Assembly: GCA_964016885.1 (NCBI GenBank)
Contig: OZ024742.1
Location: 302,188,001 to 302,252,000, forward strand
Origin: Eledone cirrhosa
Lineage: Eukaryota
Reading direction: 5' to 3'
Length of the DNA: 64,000 nt
Positions 1-12,919 of the stretch are shown here, one piece after another. The position numbers and the translations under genes are program-made. The notes under the pieces were generated by a model. That model was given only the letters and a program-made list of their open reading frames with translations, searched no databases and was not told the origin of the DNA. Within the stretch, counting starts at the first letter, position 1, and each line of letters starts with the position of its first letter.

Positions 1-1194
1 AAAATTTATTCTATAAACTCATAGTTTTCAAAAACCTGATTAACAATAACAGTAAAATAATTCTAAAATTGTCATCGAATAAATATATTTTCGACAATGT
101 GATGGCCGCCTACTGCAATAAGGCACTAGTAATTAGTGGACTAAAAATAAGATAAGATATATTCTTAACCTGACGCAATTCAATAGTAAAATGTGACGCT
201 ACTGGTTCATAGCCATTTCTTTATAAATGTTAAAAATATTGATATTGTTAAAAATAAACGAACCTTAATAAGTAAATATTTTGCCCATCAACCAAGGATA
301 TAGAAAATTGCTTAACTGAAGTATAAACTGAGTTATAGCTGTGACATGAAAAACAAGCAAACCAACTAATTTACTCAGCTATGCAATGCTGAAGTGATTA
401 TCTATGAGACATTTATTCTATACATGGTTTTGCTGTTGTTTTATCATTGTTGTAATAACCGTTCGTCTATGTTCTCCACTCGTTTCTTAGATCTGTGGCT
501 GTATCATATACAAGTTTTCTTTATATTACAACTAATGAAATATTTAAAAATCATACATAAACAAACGAAAGTAATTATATTCCATATCGTCTTTAGAGTA
601 CCACCGGGCCTGCGGGACGGCCAGCGCGTGGGCCCCCATTTGCTCATAATAGTGAGAGATGGGGAGAGCGGGAGAGACGGTGGTTATGACAGTGGGAGTT
701 TGGTTCTTTTGTGTTCAGACCTAATGCATATGTATATGTTTCACGGACACACTGACGCATAAACTTTCTACACCCATTCCTGGTATAATCTAATAAAAGT
801 CAATGTTTAGTTAGATACCTAAGCTATCTCTCTCTCATGCAATATCTAATTGCTGTAGTGGACTGTGGCTTGAGTGAAAGAGATATAAGAAAGCCATAGT
901 GGTGACATTGACAGTGTGCAAGACCAGCCTGCATATCCTCTTGCCCCACATCACCACAAGACTTCGGCCGTATCAACCCATGGCAGAGGCAGCTAGGAAA
1001 TCTGTGTGACATGTTGACACATTGTAAAGTAACATCATATTTGTGTGACAGGTGAAGGTCAAACAGTAAAACTTCATTTTAAACACGAACTCACAGCTTC
1101 TTTAAATAAAGAAATTTCTAGTGTTTTTTAAAAATATAAACATAAACGATAGATTCAGTTACTATAGAGATGTATGACAGAATGGAATGGAGTG

Positions 1195-1488
1195 GACCTC
1201 TGTCGGCTTCGACGAAGAGTGTTCTAGTTGTTCGATCAACGGAAAAGCTTACTCATGAAATTAACGTGTAAGTGCCTGAGCATTCCACAGACACATGTAG
1301 TGAAGTTGAGTAGATGGAAACTGTTTGGAAGTCTGTTGGATGGATTTTACACTGAATCTCTCTGAGAATTACGATAACAGTATACGTGTCTGTGGAATGC
1401 ACAGCCACTTACACGTTAATTTCATGAGCTGGCTGTTCTGTTGATCGAATAACTGGAACAGACAACGTCGAAACCGACGGAGGTCTAT
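1195..1488. repeat. Inverted pair of SINE 3' fragments (~105-bp arms, ~80-bp spacer)
   Basis: 1195-1299 is the imperfect reverse complement of 1383-1486 (catgaaattaacgtgtaagtg / cacttacacgttaatttcatg). A third copy lies at ~4262-4340. Confidence 0.8.
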
Positions 1489-1515
1489 ACTAGTAATACA
1501 AGTAATACTACTTAC

Positions 1516-1666
1516 GTGTACAATACCAAAACAATGCCGGGTTTGAAATTCTCTCGTGAAAGTTGTGAAAAATCCAGAGGTAAAACAGTTTGGTTCGGTG
1601 AACAAACTACAGGATGGGTTTGTAAATAAACTCCAGTAAAATAGTCCTTGTGAGCCTTCATCACAA
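1516..1666 (-). CDS. Second coding exon of the Reeler-domain gene, apparently with a 1-nt frameshift
   Basis: Acceptor ttcttcag| and donor |gtaagt. Phase-1 continuation reads VVMKAHKDYFTGVYLQTHP (Reeler F.G..LQ); an adjacent frame gives SGFFTTFTREFQTRHCFG (G.F...Q..C). Confidence 0.65.
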
Positions 1667-1987
1667 CTGAAGAAAGTATGACATTGTAGTTAGAACAATC
1701 TGCGAGATTGATATAGAGTAAAAGATGTATATGTGCATGGTAGAGGGCATTTTAAAAACCTGGTGAAGCCCATAACACTACAGATTTGAATACAGTCTAT
1801 TTCTTACAGAGGAGGAGGAGGAGGAGAGAGAGAGAGAGAGGAAAACGACCCCTGAATTGGACTGGTACTTATTTTATGGACCTCGAAAGGATGAAAGTTA
1901 TGACCCCTAGGAAATCCTATGTAATTTCTAGTAGTGTAGATCAGCGTTTCAAGCTCTAGGGGCTTATATTGTGTGTAAACAAATAAT

Positions 1988-2150
1988 TGTTTCTACTTTT
2001 GGCACAAGACCAGCAATTACCCCAGTGCATTATTGGTGCTTTATTTTATCCACCCCGGTGGGATTTTAACTCAGATTGTAAAGGGCCACGACTCTATGCT
2101 GCAAAGCATGGTGTCCGATCCTCTACCGATTCTGCCAAACCACTGCCCTA
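1988..2150 (-). mobile_element. SINE 3' part (octopus-type); related pieces at 1845-1900, 3645-3720, 7945-8150, 13950-14165, 63330-63430
   Basis: Recurrent motifs ggcacaaggccagcaa, actggtacttattttatcgacc and aaaggcaaagtygacc...gaactcaga are shared among these loci. Confidence 0.7.
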
Positions 2151-2380
2151 ATAAGAAATAATGTATGTTACTTATGTATTGCTTCATGTTGAATTCAATG
2201 TGTTTTTCGAATTTCTCTGCCATCTATGGCTTTTTTTGCTCCAAAATCGATTAATTACCAAAATGGCCGATATGGCCGATACCAATTATATGCAAATTAA
2301 CCGATGCAACCCTAGCGATGAGGTAGTAAATAAAAACAAAGAAATAAAAATATCTTAAATGTAATATCAATAATAGTTAC

Positions 2381-2576
2381 CTGGAATAGTTTCACCTGGA
2401 TTAAACGAAGATCTTTTGATTGTTAATGTGTACGGAGCCGGGGATAACTGAGGCGGAACACCGTGACCAGTGGGTAACATCGTTTGACAAGAAGAATCAG
2501 GACCACCACTGGGATATGTTAGTCCCAGACTTTTCAGGTTTAACATGAAATATACTAGTAACATCGCTGGAGTCAT
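2381..2576 (-). CDS. First coding exon of a secreted Reeler-domain protein (defense protein / ferric-chelate reductase-like N-terminus)
   Basis: MTPAMLLVYFMLNLKSLGLT (signal-like) then YPSGGPDSSCQTMLPTGHGVPPQLSPAPYTLTIKRSSFNPGETIP, matching the Reeler start YPxG.P..C..M.P.H....Q....PY. Acceptor ctttag lies just upstream of 2590; donor CCAG|gtaact follows 2381 (phase 1). Confidence 0.8.
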
Positions 2577-2897
2577 GACTTTATGTTTCTCTAAAGTCAA
2601 GAAAACAACAACAACTAAAAAAACAATAAAAACAATAACAACGAACAAAAAACAAAAACAAGTGGAATTAAAGATCATCTTTTATATGGACTAGGAGAAA
2701 CATAATTCCACTTTTTTCCTAAAATAAGTCTAAAAATCTACCATGTGTCCTGGAGATCGAAGGTTGTTTATTATTTTTTTAAAAATTTGTCAAAATTAGG
2801 GTGCGTCCTCGAGGACGAAGCATCTTCGGCGCCGGGAAATACAGTATATATATACAATGATATTAAATAAATGGAAACTATATTATAAAACCAGATT

Positions 2898-2958
2898 TAT
2901 TCTATTATATATATTTCAGGGGTACCAAAGTTTTGGTACGCTATCATCAGATAAAATA
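2898..2958 (-). ncRNA. Type I hammerhead ribozyme motif inside a small inverted repeat (arms 2853-2888 / 3032-3068)
   Basis: Minus strand: tattttat CTGATGA tagcgtaccaaa-ac-tttggtacccct GAAA tatata TA atagaata. Stem I is 8 bp; stem III is palindromic. Confidence 0.6.
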
Positions 2959-3178
2959 CGAAGTGTGTTTTTATAAATTTTGACATAACCAAGGAGAATA
3001 TACCTTAACGGTTCAAGTTATCCTTGGATAGTTATAAATATAGTTTCCATTTATTTAATATCATTGTATATTATACTCCAGAAAACTTGTAGAGTGCTCT
3101 GAATCTGTTATAAACATTTATATTTGTTGAATTACCAACAAATTGAATATCCCTTCTGCTTATATATATATATATATC

Positions 3179-3254
<76 letters not shown>

Positions 3255-3527
3255 GGGACAACAAATACAACATCTATATCTCTGTTTGCCTGCCTGCCTG
3301 CCTCCCCATCTATCTATCAATAAATTATGATTGTAATTATTTAAATGAATGTGAAATGAAATACAACAATGGCCAGAATGACAATAAGGGAGAAATTCAA
3401 GGATAATCAAGAGTAATTTTTTCTAGCACAACTCTACTCAGCAAAGAATTAGAAGCCTAAACTAGCCAAACAACATTTAAACCTGTCGGAGCCATCACTC
3501 TCCAAGTTGGAGAACGAATCGATTTCT

Positions 3528-3563
<36 letters not shown>

Positions 3564-3568
3564 GAGAG

Positions 3569-3643
<75 letters not shown>

Positions 3644-4446
3644 GAACTGGCACTGTATTTATCGACCTCGAAAGGATAAAAGGCAAAGTTGACAGCGGGA
3701 TTTGAACAGAGAGCGTAGAGCAGGTATGGCCAAACCTTTTTCGAGCAGTGAGACGCATAGGATGTGGCTCATCATAAGATGGGTCGTAAAACTAAGAAAT
3801 TCAAAAACAAATTTTGAAGTTAGGCGTGCCATTCAGAAAGCCAATCGGGCCGTATGCGGCTCGTTAGTCTCAGTTTTCTCCATGGCTTGGCATAGAGGGA
3901 CGGAATCAATACTGCAAAGTATTCTATTCGACGTTCTAACGACTCTGCCATTTCGCCGCCTCTTGAATATTACTATCTGAAAAAAAAAAGTGTTGGTTAC
4001 ATTGTTTGGAAATATAATGGGGTAGTCATGGCTGGAACTCTTTGATAGGTCTGCAGGATGAGAACAGACCTATTGCTAAACAATAACAAAAGCAAAGAGA
4101 AAAATAAAATACGAATAAAATACTTACAGATGAAGTTTTGCAGTGACCAGTTTGATTGAGCGATGTTTTGTCCGGCGTTGGCAGTGTTGTAAGTCTGTAT
4201 CTCCGTACTATCTTTGATATTATTGACTATGCTGAATCGTGTACTGCGTTGTTTGATGAAGGTGCACGTTAATTTCACGAGTTGGCAATTCCGTTGATCA
4301 AACAAAGTGAAACACTCATCGTCGGAACAGACGGAGGCTCAACACATACACAAGTAAGACTTAATTGCCAGCAATAAATGTATGAAGTAAGACCAGAGCA
4401 GGTAACAGCAAAAGGTATATCTAAGAGAATACACAGTGGTTAGAGT

Positions 4447-4630
4447 GGTGACGCTAGTCTAGGTTTGGTTGGAGCAGCGGCACTAGTTAAAGGTTGGGTG
4501 GAGCGGCGACACTAGTCAAGGTTTGGTTGGAGCGGTGACGCTTGTCTTGGTTTGGTTCGAGCGGCTGCGCTAATCAAGGTTTAGATGGAGCGGCGGCGTT
4601 AGTGAAGGTTTAGTTTGAGCGGTGACGCTA
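4447..4630. repeat. 29-bp minisatellite, ~6 diverged copies
   Basis: Unit approximately ggYgacRctagtcaaggtttggttggagc. Confidence 0.85.
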
Positions 4631-4946
4631 TATATATATATATTATGGATTGTTCTTAAACTTCAACTGGTCTCGTTTCACAAATACAATTACAATAAAT
4701 TGTAATTGTATTTAGTAAATGTAGTTTGTAGTTTCGGAATGAAAGTTAGGCGGTGTATTACCAAATACGTGATCTTGAAGGTAAAAATAATGAAGGTAGT
4801 GTTTGCAAGCAACGTTTGAACTGTAGCACAATGTTTTCATATTTAGGCCAACCAATTAAAACAAACGAAAAAAAAGTGTGAAGGGCAACACACACACAAA
4901 TAAACCAATTCTTTGTGTTTTCGAACTCTATTACACACCGATTTGC

Positions 4947-5035
<89 letters not shown>

Positions 5036-5788
5036 ATCTTCTATCTCTCCCCCCCCCCTCTCTCTTCATATATATATATACTACATGATGATGGCTGCCC
5101 CCTCGTTATCGAGTATGGCCATTGCACGATATACCATTATTAATAATTATTAATAATTCTATCGTGCAATGCCTGTGCGTGAAGATATTTTTTAAAGTGA
5201 GGAAAGACTGTGCACTGAGCCAATCCCACTCTCTGAGCGACAGTAGCTATAACCACCCAAAGAAGAAAAGATCAACATCATCGGTAACTACTGAGCCGCA
5301 GGTTTTATATCGGAGTTATCCCAGTTTCCTGAGTTGCCTGCTCCTAGAAGAATGCCCTGACAAAGGCCTAGGGATCGTTCACTCCCAGTGGTTTAACCGC
5401 GCGATCGGGTGTCCAGACCGACTATTTCTGTCCCCCGCGCATATACATACACATGCACCCATGTATATATACACATATACATACATATGTACATGTGTAT
5501 ATACATATTTACACACTTTTGGATGGCCGTTGACTCTTATTGAGTTCTTCTGCCCTTTGTCAGGGTTTTGTTTTTTGTCCTGCAGGGTGTCCAAAATCAC
5601 CCTCCTCACCAAGTAAACTTGGTGGGGTTGCCGGGGGTAACGACAGTAAGTAAGGTACTCAATGCATAGCAGAGTATAAATATTTAATATAGAAATGGCT
5701 TCTGGTGATTTCTCCCGAATAAAACAGTTCTAGTCCTGTAGAAGCTATTTCTATATTAAAAAAAATATATATATACATACACACACAT

Positions 5789-6053
5789 AGGGGTGGTGGA
5801 ACTGGGGGGTTGTGATGTGGGGGTGGGCAAGGGGCCATGCCATCCCCGCCCAATAATTATATTTTTATCCCAAAAGTACCAAAATACACATCTATTTGTA
5901 TATAAGCTACAGTTTATGTACATGTGTTTATCGCATATCGAATTTTTTTAATATCTTGGTTGATATTTGTTAATAAGAGCTAAACTAAATACTTCAGTTA
6001 AATTGACCAAATTTGGCCCCCGACCCCATTTAGAAATGTTTCCACCGCCCCTG
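5789..6053. mobile_element. Putative MITE with short GC-rich TIRs (PIF/Harbinger-like ends)
   Basis: Ends aggggtggtggaac ... gtttccaccgcccct; no coding capacity; flanked by CA/TA microsatellite. Confidence 0.45.
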
Positions 6054-6061
6054 ATATATAT

Positions 6062-7570
6062 ATATATATATGAATATAGACATAGAATATTCGAAAATAT
6101 TCTGTATGTTTATAATAAACATTTTGAAGACCTAATCGCTATAGAATAGAATACGTCACGTATTACAATTAGATTCTCGATAAAAGCAAGGGAAGTAATC
6201 TACGCGTTTCATTCTCGTTAGAAATCATCAGGACTACATATCCAGTGCTTTCATCGAGAATGACACAGCTAGAGACTTATAGAATACTTAGCTGTGTACA
6301 GGAACTGGTTTGAAAGAGCGGTTGCCGGTCCGGCAGAAATTAGAAATTGGAATAAATGCTCTGAAATAGCGATATATATGTGAATATAGACATAGAATAT
6401 TCGAAAATATTCTGTATGTTTATAATAAACATTTTGAAGACCTAATCGCTATAGAATAGAATACGTCACGTATTACAATTAGATTCTCGATAAAAGCAAG
6501 GGAAGTAATCTACGCGTTTCATTCTCGTTAGAAATCATCAGGACGATTAGGTCTTCAAAATGTTTATTATAAACATACAGAATATTTTCGAATATTCTAT
6601 GTCTATATTCACATATATATCGCTATTTCAGAGCATTTATTCCAATTTCTAATTTCTGCCGGACCGGCAACCGCTCTTTCAAACCAGTTCCTGTACACAG
6701 CTAAGTATTCTATAAGTCTCTAGCTGTGTCATTCTCGATGAAAGCACTGGATATGTAGTCCTGATGATTTCTAACGAGAATGAAACGCGTAGATTACTTC
6801 CCTTGCTTTTATCGAGAATCTAATTGTAATACGTGACGTATTCTATTCTATAGCGATTAGGTCTTCAAAATGTTTATTATAAACATACAGAATATTTTCG
6901 AATATTCTATGTCTATATTCACATATATATCGCTATTTCAGAGCATTTATTCCAATTTCTAATTTCTGCCGGACCGGCAACCGCTCTTTCAAACCAGTTC
7001 CTGTACACAGCTAAGTATTCTATAAGTCTCTAGCTGTGTCATTCTCGATGAAAGCACTGGATATGTAGTCCTGATGATTTCTAACGAGAATGAAACGCGT
7101 AGATTACTTCCCTTGCTTTTATCGAGAATCTAATTGTAATACGTGACGTATTCTATTCTATAGCGATTAGGTCTTCAAAATGTTTATTATAAACATACAG
7201 AATATTTTCGAATATTCTATGTCTATATTCACATATATATCGCTATTTCAGAGCATTTATTCCAATTTCTAATTTCTGCCGGACCGGCAACCGCTCTTTC
7301 AAACCAGTTCCTGTACACAGCTAAGTATTCTATAAGTCTCTAGCTGTGTCATTCTCGATGAAAGCACTGGATATGTAGTCCTGATGATTTCTAACGAGAA
7401 TGAAACGCGTAGATTACTTCCCTTGCTTTTATCGAGAATCTAATTGTAATACGTGACGTATTCTATTCTATAGCGATTAGGTCTTCAAAATGTTTATTAT
7501 AAACATACAGAATATTTTCGAATATTCTATGTCTATATTCACATATATATCGCTATTTCAGAGCATTTAT

Positions 7571-7576
<6 letters not shown>
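6062..7576. repeat. 310-bp tandem repeat carrying hammerhead ribozymes: ~1.5 units on minus (6062-6544) fused to ~3.3 units on plus (6545-7576)
   Basis: gattaggtcttc recurs at 6545, 6855, 7165 and 7475. Units appear identical by eye; the left arm is the reverse complement; both ends run into (TA)n. Confidence 0.95.
6731..6819 (+). ncRNA. Type I hammerhead ribozyme (repeats at 7041-7129 and 7351-7439; minus-strand copy core at 6195-6237)
   Basis: gtagtc CTGATGA t ttct-aacg-agaa t GAAA cgcg TA gattac. Stem I is extended by attctcgatgaaagca/tgcttttatcgagaat (16 bp, one G.U). Palindromic minimal stem III (ACGCGU); GUA cleavage triplet. Confidence 0.85.
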
Positions 7577-7613
<37 letters not shown>

Positions 7614-7739
7614 GGTAAGCTTTCTGAACATAATGTTATACTCTGGGGTCTTACCTCATCTGAGTGCTAAAGCTACAAACCGAATAAGCATACACGCTAG
7701 CTTGGCCGTATACTAGAGCTTCGTCTATGCTGTACTAAA

Positions 7740-7788
<49 letters not shown>

Positions 7789-8485
7789 CAAATGGAGTGT
7801 GGAAAGTATTGTAACAAATGTCAATCCAAAGACTCAGTTTTCGGCGTCGTGGCTACGCTTGTCTTCTTCGTCTTAATCAAAATAACGATTATCAAAATAA
7901 TGATTATTTCCACTCAATTTTCCTATATAGAGAGAATAATAATTGTCTCTACTTTTCGCACAAGGCCAGCAACTTGAAGGGAAGGGGAAAGTCGATTAAA
8001 TGAGCCCTAGAAATTGACTGGTACTTTATTTTATCAACTCTGAAAGGGTGAAAGGCAAAGTTGACCTCAGCGGAATTTGAACTGAGAACTTGAAGAGCCT
8101 GAAGAAATACTGCTGCTCGTGTGTCCGATGCTCTAACACCTCTGCCAATCTACTAAAACAAAAGGAGATTCGAAGCTGCTTAGAAGTAGCCATATTTGAG
8201 GATGCTAGAGAGAATGTCAATAACAACAACAACAACAACAACAACAACAATAACAAACACGATGGCAGCAACAAGAATAAAGACAACAACGACGACAATA
8301 AAATCTATAACAACAACAAGAACAAATACAACAGCAGCAACAACGACATCAACAATTTCTAATGTTCACCAATTTTCGGCTTTTAACTGAAGGGGGTCTG
8401 TCTATGTAAATCCGTGAATGGCTCCAATTTTTGGAATGTGTTGACGAAGCTGGTAACACTATGTCAACATTGACGACGAAAACAG

Positions 8486-8594
<109 letters not shown>

Positions 8595-8640
8595 AAAATA
8601 TATATGCACGTATATATATATATAGAAATATAATATAGAA

Positions 8641-8740
8641 ATGGCTTCTACAGGACTAGAACTGTTTCATTCGGGAGAAATCATCAGGGCTTCCTGATGA
8701 TTTCTCCCGAATGAAACAGTTCTAGTCCTGTAGAAGCCAT
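8641..8740 (+). ncRNA. Back-to-back inverted pair of a second hammerhead family (intact plus copy 8688-8738; degenerate copy at ~5696-5748)
   Basis: ggcttc CTGATGA t ttc-tccc-gaa t GAAA cag-ttctagtc-ctg TA gaagcc; 8641-8688 is its reverse complement. Confidence 0.75.
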
Positions 8741-9250
8741 TTTTATATTAAATATTTATACTCTGCTTTGTATTGAGTACCTTACTTACTGTGGTTACCC
8801 CCGATTGAACCCGAGATAAACTTATATATATATATATATATAATATAAATAAAATAACAGGAGGCTGGACTATATATGTATATATATATATGCATGTCTG
8901 TATATTCATATAAACACACACTCTCACACACACATATATGCAAACGCAAAGGTACTCATCAAAAAATGACCCAGGAAAATAAAATAAAAATTAAACAAGT
9001 ATACAATGTGAAATTTTGTTTATCTAGCAATGAACCAATATTGAACTTATCGTCTGACCCCCCCCCCCCGCCTCAGAGCTTCCACATTTTTCCAGAGGTT
9101 CATATAAGCACCAATATATTGCCGGGCTCGTCAACATCCATTATCCTTCAATTTTATGGTGAATATGTAAATATGTAAGAAATGTTATGGTCTCGCGAAC
9201 ATTTTTCACAAGACATTGACGGGATGGTTGTTCTTTCGACATACCTGATG

Positions 9251-9342
<92 letters not shown>

Positions 9343-9473
9343 GTGAAAGCAGCGATTCTTTACTTAAACTTTAATTTGTTTTTATAATAAATATTTGCTC
9401 TACGGGTTTATATATATATTATATATATATAATCCTTATTGAGCCCTCTTCGGATTTTAGTCCTCACATTTAT

Positions 9474-9624
<151 letters not shown>

Positions 9625-9751
9625 ATATATATATATATATACATATAGTAATATTCATATAGTAATAATAATAAAATTGAAGACTAAAATCGAAAGAGGG
9701 CTCGATAAGGATAAATATATATCAAATATATAAGAACCGTAGAGCAAATAT

Positions 9752-10390
9752 TTATTAAATAACAGATTAAAGTTTAAGCAAAGAATCGCTGCTCACCCTT
9801 AACGGGATCTTCTGAAACTAACAAAGTCAATCTGTAAACGCAGAACTGGATATTTCAAAAAACGTTGCAACCGGAGGAAGACAGGAAGACGATACTTTGG
9901 TTCGTGGAAACGTTCGCAGGCAAAGAACGGGAAAAAACGAATAATACGTCATTAATAGGAGCGGTGAAAAAACAATTACGCGCAAAGACAACCACGTTTA
10001 TGGTATAAAAGAGGTCGTAGACTAATGTTCTCTTTACGCTCCACATATGACTTATTATCTTCGTTTTTTCGTTCATTGCCAGAGAACGTCTCTATGCACC
10101 ACCTAAGAGAACATTAGTCTACGACCTCTTTTATACCATAAACGTGGTTCTGTCTTTGCGCGTAATTGTTTAACACCGCTCCTATTAATGACGAATTATT
10201 CGTTTTTTCCCGTTCTTTGCCTGCGAACGTTTCCACGAACCAAAGTATCGTCTTCCTGTCTTCCTCCGGTTGCAACGTTTTTTGAAATATCCAGTTCTGC
10301 GTTTACAGATTGACTTTGTTAGTTTCAGAAGATCCCGTTAAGGGTGAAAGCAGCGATTCTTTGCTTAAACTTTAATCTGTTATTTAATAA
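9752..10390. repeat. ~285-bp inverted repeat, probably a Penelope pLTR/retrozyme remnant, with a variant hammerhead at 10305-10380 (+)
   Basis: 9752-10033 is the reverse complement of ~10106-10390. Motif: agttt CAGAAGA t ccc-gttaa-ggg t GAAA gca..tgc TT aaact, with distal pairing acagattga/ttaatctgt. An extra fragment lies at 9341-9470. Confidence 0.75.
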
Positions 10391-10396
10391 GTAATA

Positions 10397-10437
<41 letters not shown>

Positions 10438-10483
10438 ATATATATATATATTTCATTTTTTCCATATATATATATATACATAG

Positions 10484-10576
<93 letters not shown>

Positions 10577-11974
10577 AATTGTTATACTTCAAAAACGAAT
10601 TATATATATATATATATATATAATTGGTGTTGGATGATTAAAGCGTCCGTATGCGGCAGTCAGTATGAGCACTCGATGCTTTCACAGAGCAGAGTATGAT
10701 ATCACAAAAAAAAAAGAGAATCGGTGTTGCGACGAATGGAATTTATTGGACATATTACAATCGTTTCTCTGGCGACCAGCTCAAGGCACGATCGATGTGA
10801 TAATCGAACCTGACTCTGAAAATCGCAAGGTCCTCAGATACGTCTTGATTCTACGAACCAGATTTTCCAAATATCCTTTTACATCGATATCCTTCGCCTG
10901 TCGACTTAGATCCTATTGTTGTCATTCCACCCTACTCAGTAAGGTAATGAAGTCTGGGATCTTGTCGATCATTTTTTTCTTGACACAAAAGTCTCAGACT
11001 TGAAACCGTCGAACAGCTTCTAACACATAACTTCCTTTAGCTCTTCCTTGCCAAATTAAGGCAGTACATTGATTTTCACGATAGCCTCAAATGACAGGCC
11101 ATCGTTATTCATATGCCTCCTTGTATCTCTATAGAATGTGATGGTGAGTGATTTTTCAGTTGGCAGAGTGCAGTGAGCAGAGGAAAAAAAATAAAACAAA
11201 ACGGGATTCCTTAGTAACGCTGAATTACATCGTTCGCAGTTATGTCACCGAGAGATGTGGCACAAGGGACGTATTGGATCTTTCATTTCCAGATGTCAAA
11301 CACCCATCCTGCTCTTGACCAAAGACCGTTTCTCTGCCAAATAGATGAGCTACAGAATGATGTGTCACACGAACATAAACATTTCCACTAACGTCGTTTT
11401 TCAGGAATCTCTAGAGTAGGTGTTTGAAGAAGATATATCACTTTACCAGTGAGACATGACGCTTTAACGACAAATAGTCAGGTGTTTCCTGGCACAAGGC
11501 TCAATGTTCAGACAGTAGGATATCATCCAGACGATGTAGACGTTAACTTCTTCTACCTCAGCTTTCAGCTTCATCTCAGTACATTTCTGAGACTAGCTTC
11601 TCTGTTCACGACATCTTTCTGAGTTTTACTCCCCTGGCGGTCTAACCTGAACTAAACAATTTGGTCTAGCGATGTCGCGTATGGACAAGGTTCTCCAGGT
11701 ATCGAGCATTCCACCAACTTGTCCTGATTAATGTGTGTTCCTGTTACTTCCTGGTACTTCTCCAGAATGGTTCCGACCATCAATATTTCCGATGTGTCTG
11801 ACACCATGACTGCTACGTCTTTTGCGCATGGCGATACAGCTTTTCTGCATCTCAGTTCAAGGGTGGGGGAGTATAATAATAATTTAGAAAAATAATATTA
11901 ACTAAAAACCCCTTTGATAAATTAATGGAAGATTAAAAGAGAAATCAGAATAAAAGACTTGTATTTCAAAATGG

Positions 11975-12140
11975 CTACCTTCGTTGTAGAGGGTGGGGGT
12001 GTTATTTTCACCTTCGTTGTAGCGGGTAGAAATGCTATTTCCACCTTTGTTGTAACGGCTGGAAATGCTATTCCCAGTTGTGGTAGCAGGTGGAAATAGC
12101 ATTTCCACCCTCGTCATAATGGGTGAAGGTGCTATTCCCA
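11975..12140. repeat. Diverged ~33-bp tandem repeat
   Basis: Unit approximately ccaccttcgttgtagcgggtRgaaatgctattt, ~5 copies. Confidence 0.65.
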
Positions 12141-12919
12141 TTAATGGTAGCAGTCTCAATGGTAAACATGCTTCAGACGAAACGTTAAAAAAAAAAAAAA
12201 GCTTCCACCTCATCTCCCGACAATATGACTGTTGAACAAACAGACAAAAAGTAATTTAAAAATTGTTTTCTAAATATGGTATCTTCTGTAATAATTTTGA
12301 ATACGACAAAATTCCTGTGAGCTTTAGAATTATTAAATAAAATTAACTTCACCTGCTTGGAGCCAGTTTTAATCTTTAATCAAACTGAAAACTTGAACAT
12401 GAGATTGATATTGAACTTCATATACATATTGTAAATTAATTTCATATTCTTCCTAGACTTACAGCCTTCGATTTTTCTGCAATTTCTTTTCATTATCAAG
12501 ACTAATTTAAATCCTACTAAAATTCTTATATTGCTAACCATATTCTATTGTTTACCAGTGTTTTAAAAAAGTTATTGCAAACTATATCAGAATGTGGAAA
12601 CGTCTGCAAATGGGAGTTTAAAATATTGATTTACAAAGATTCTAAATTTCCGAACATATTAAATAATTAATTTAGTTATACACACAGGAACAAACATTGG
12701 TTTACCAGATTATCTCCCCCTGTCCCCATAACACACAAAAAAAAACAACAACAAAACAAAACAAAAAACACCCAAGAGATTTTCCATTGTAATAAATATT
12801 TAATAGTGTCAGAGAATGACAACAAGGGCTGGACAATATTTATTTCTTGATCAGGCGGCATTGCTTAGCAGGATTAAAGTTTCATTCATCAAAGAAACCA
12901 TTTTCGACCCGTTAAAGTT

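Noticed and set aside
4128-4260. Possible 5' non-coding exon of the Reeler gene (minus-strand gtaagt donor at 4127)
   Set aside because: Only a donor motif supports it; transcript data are needed.
10620-11860. Complex, possibly coding-derived stretch
   Set aside because: Probably an old transposon remnant, but I could not recover a convincing motif in any frame.
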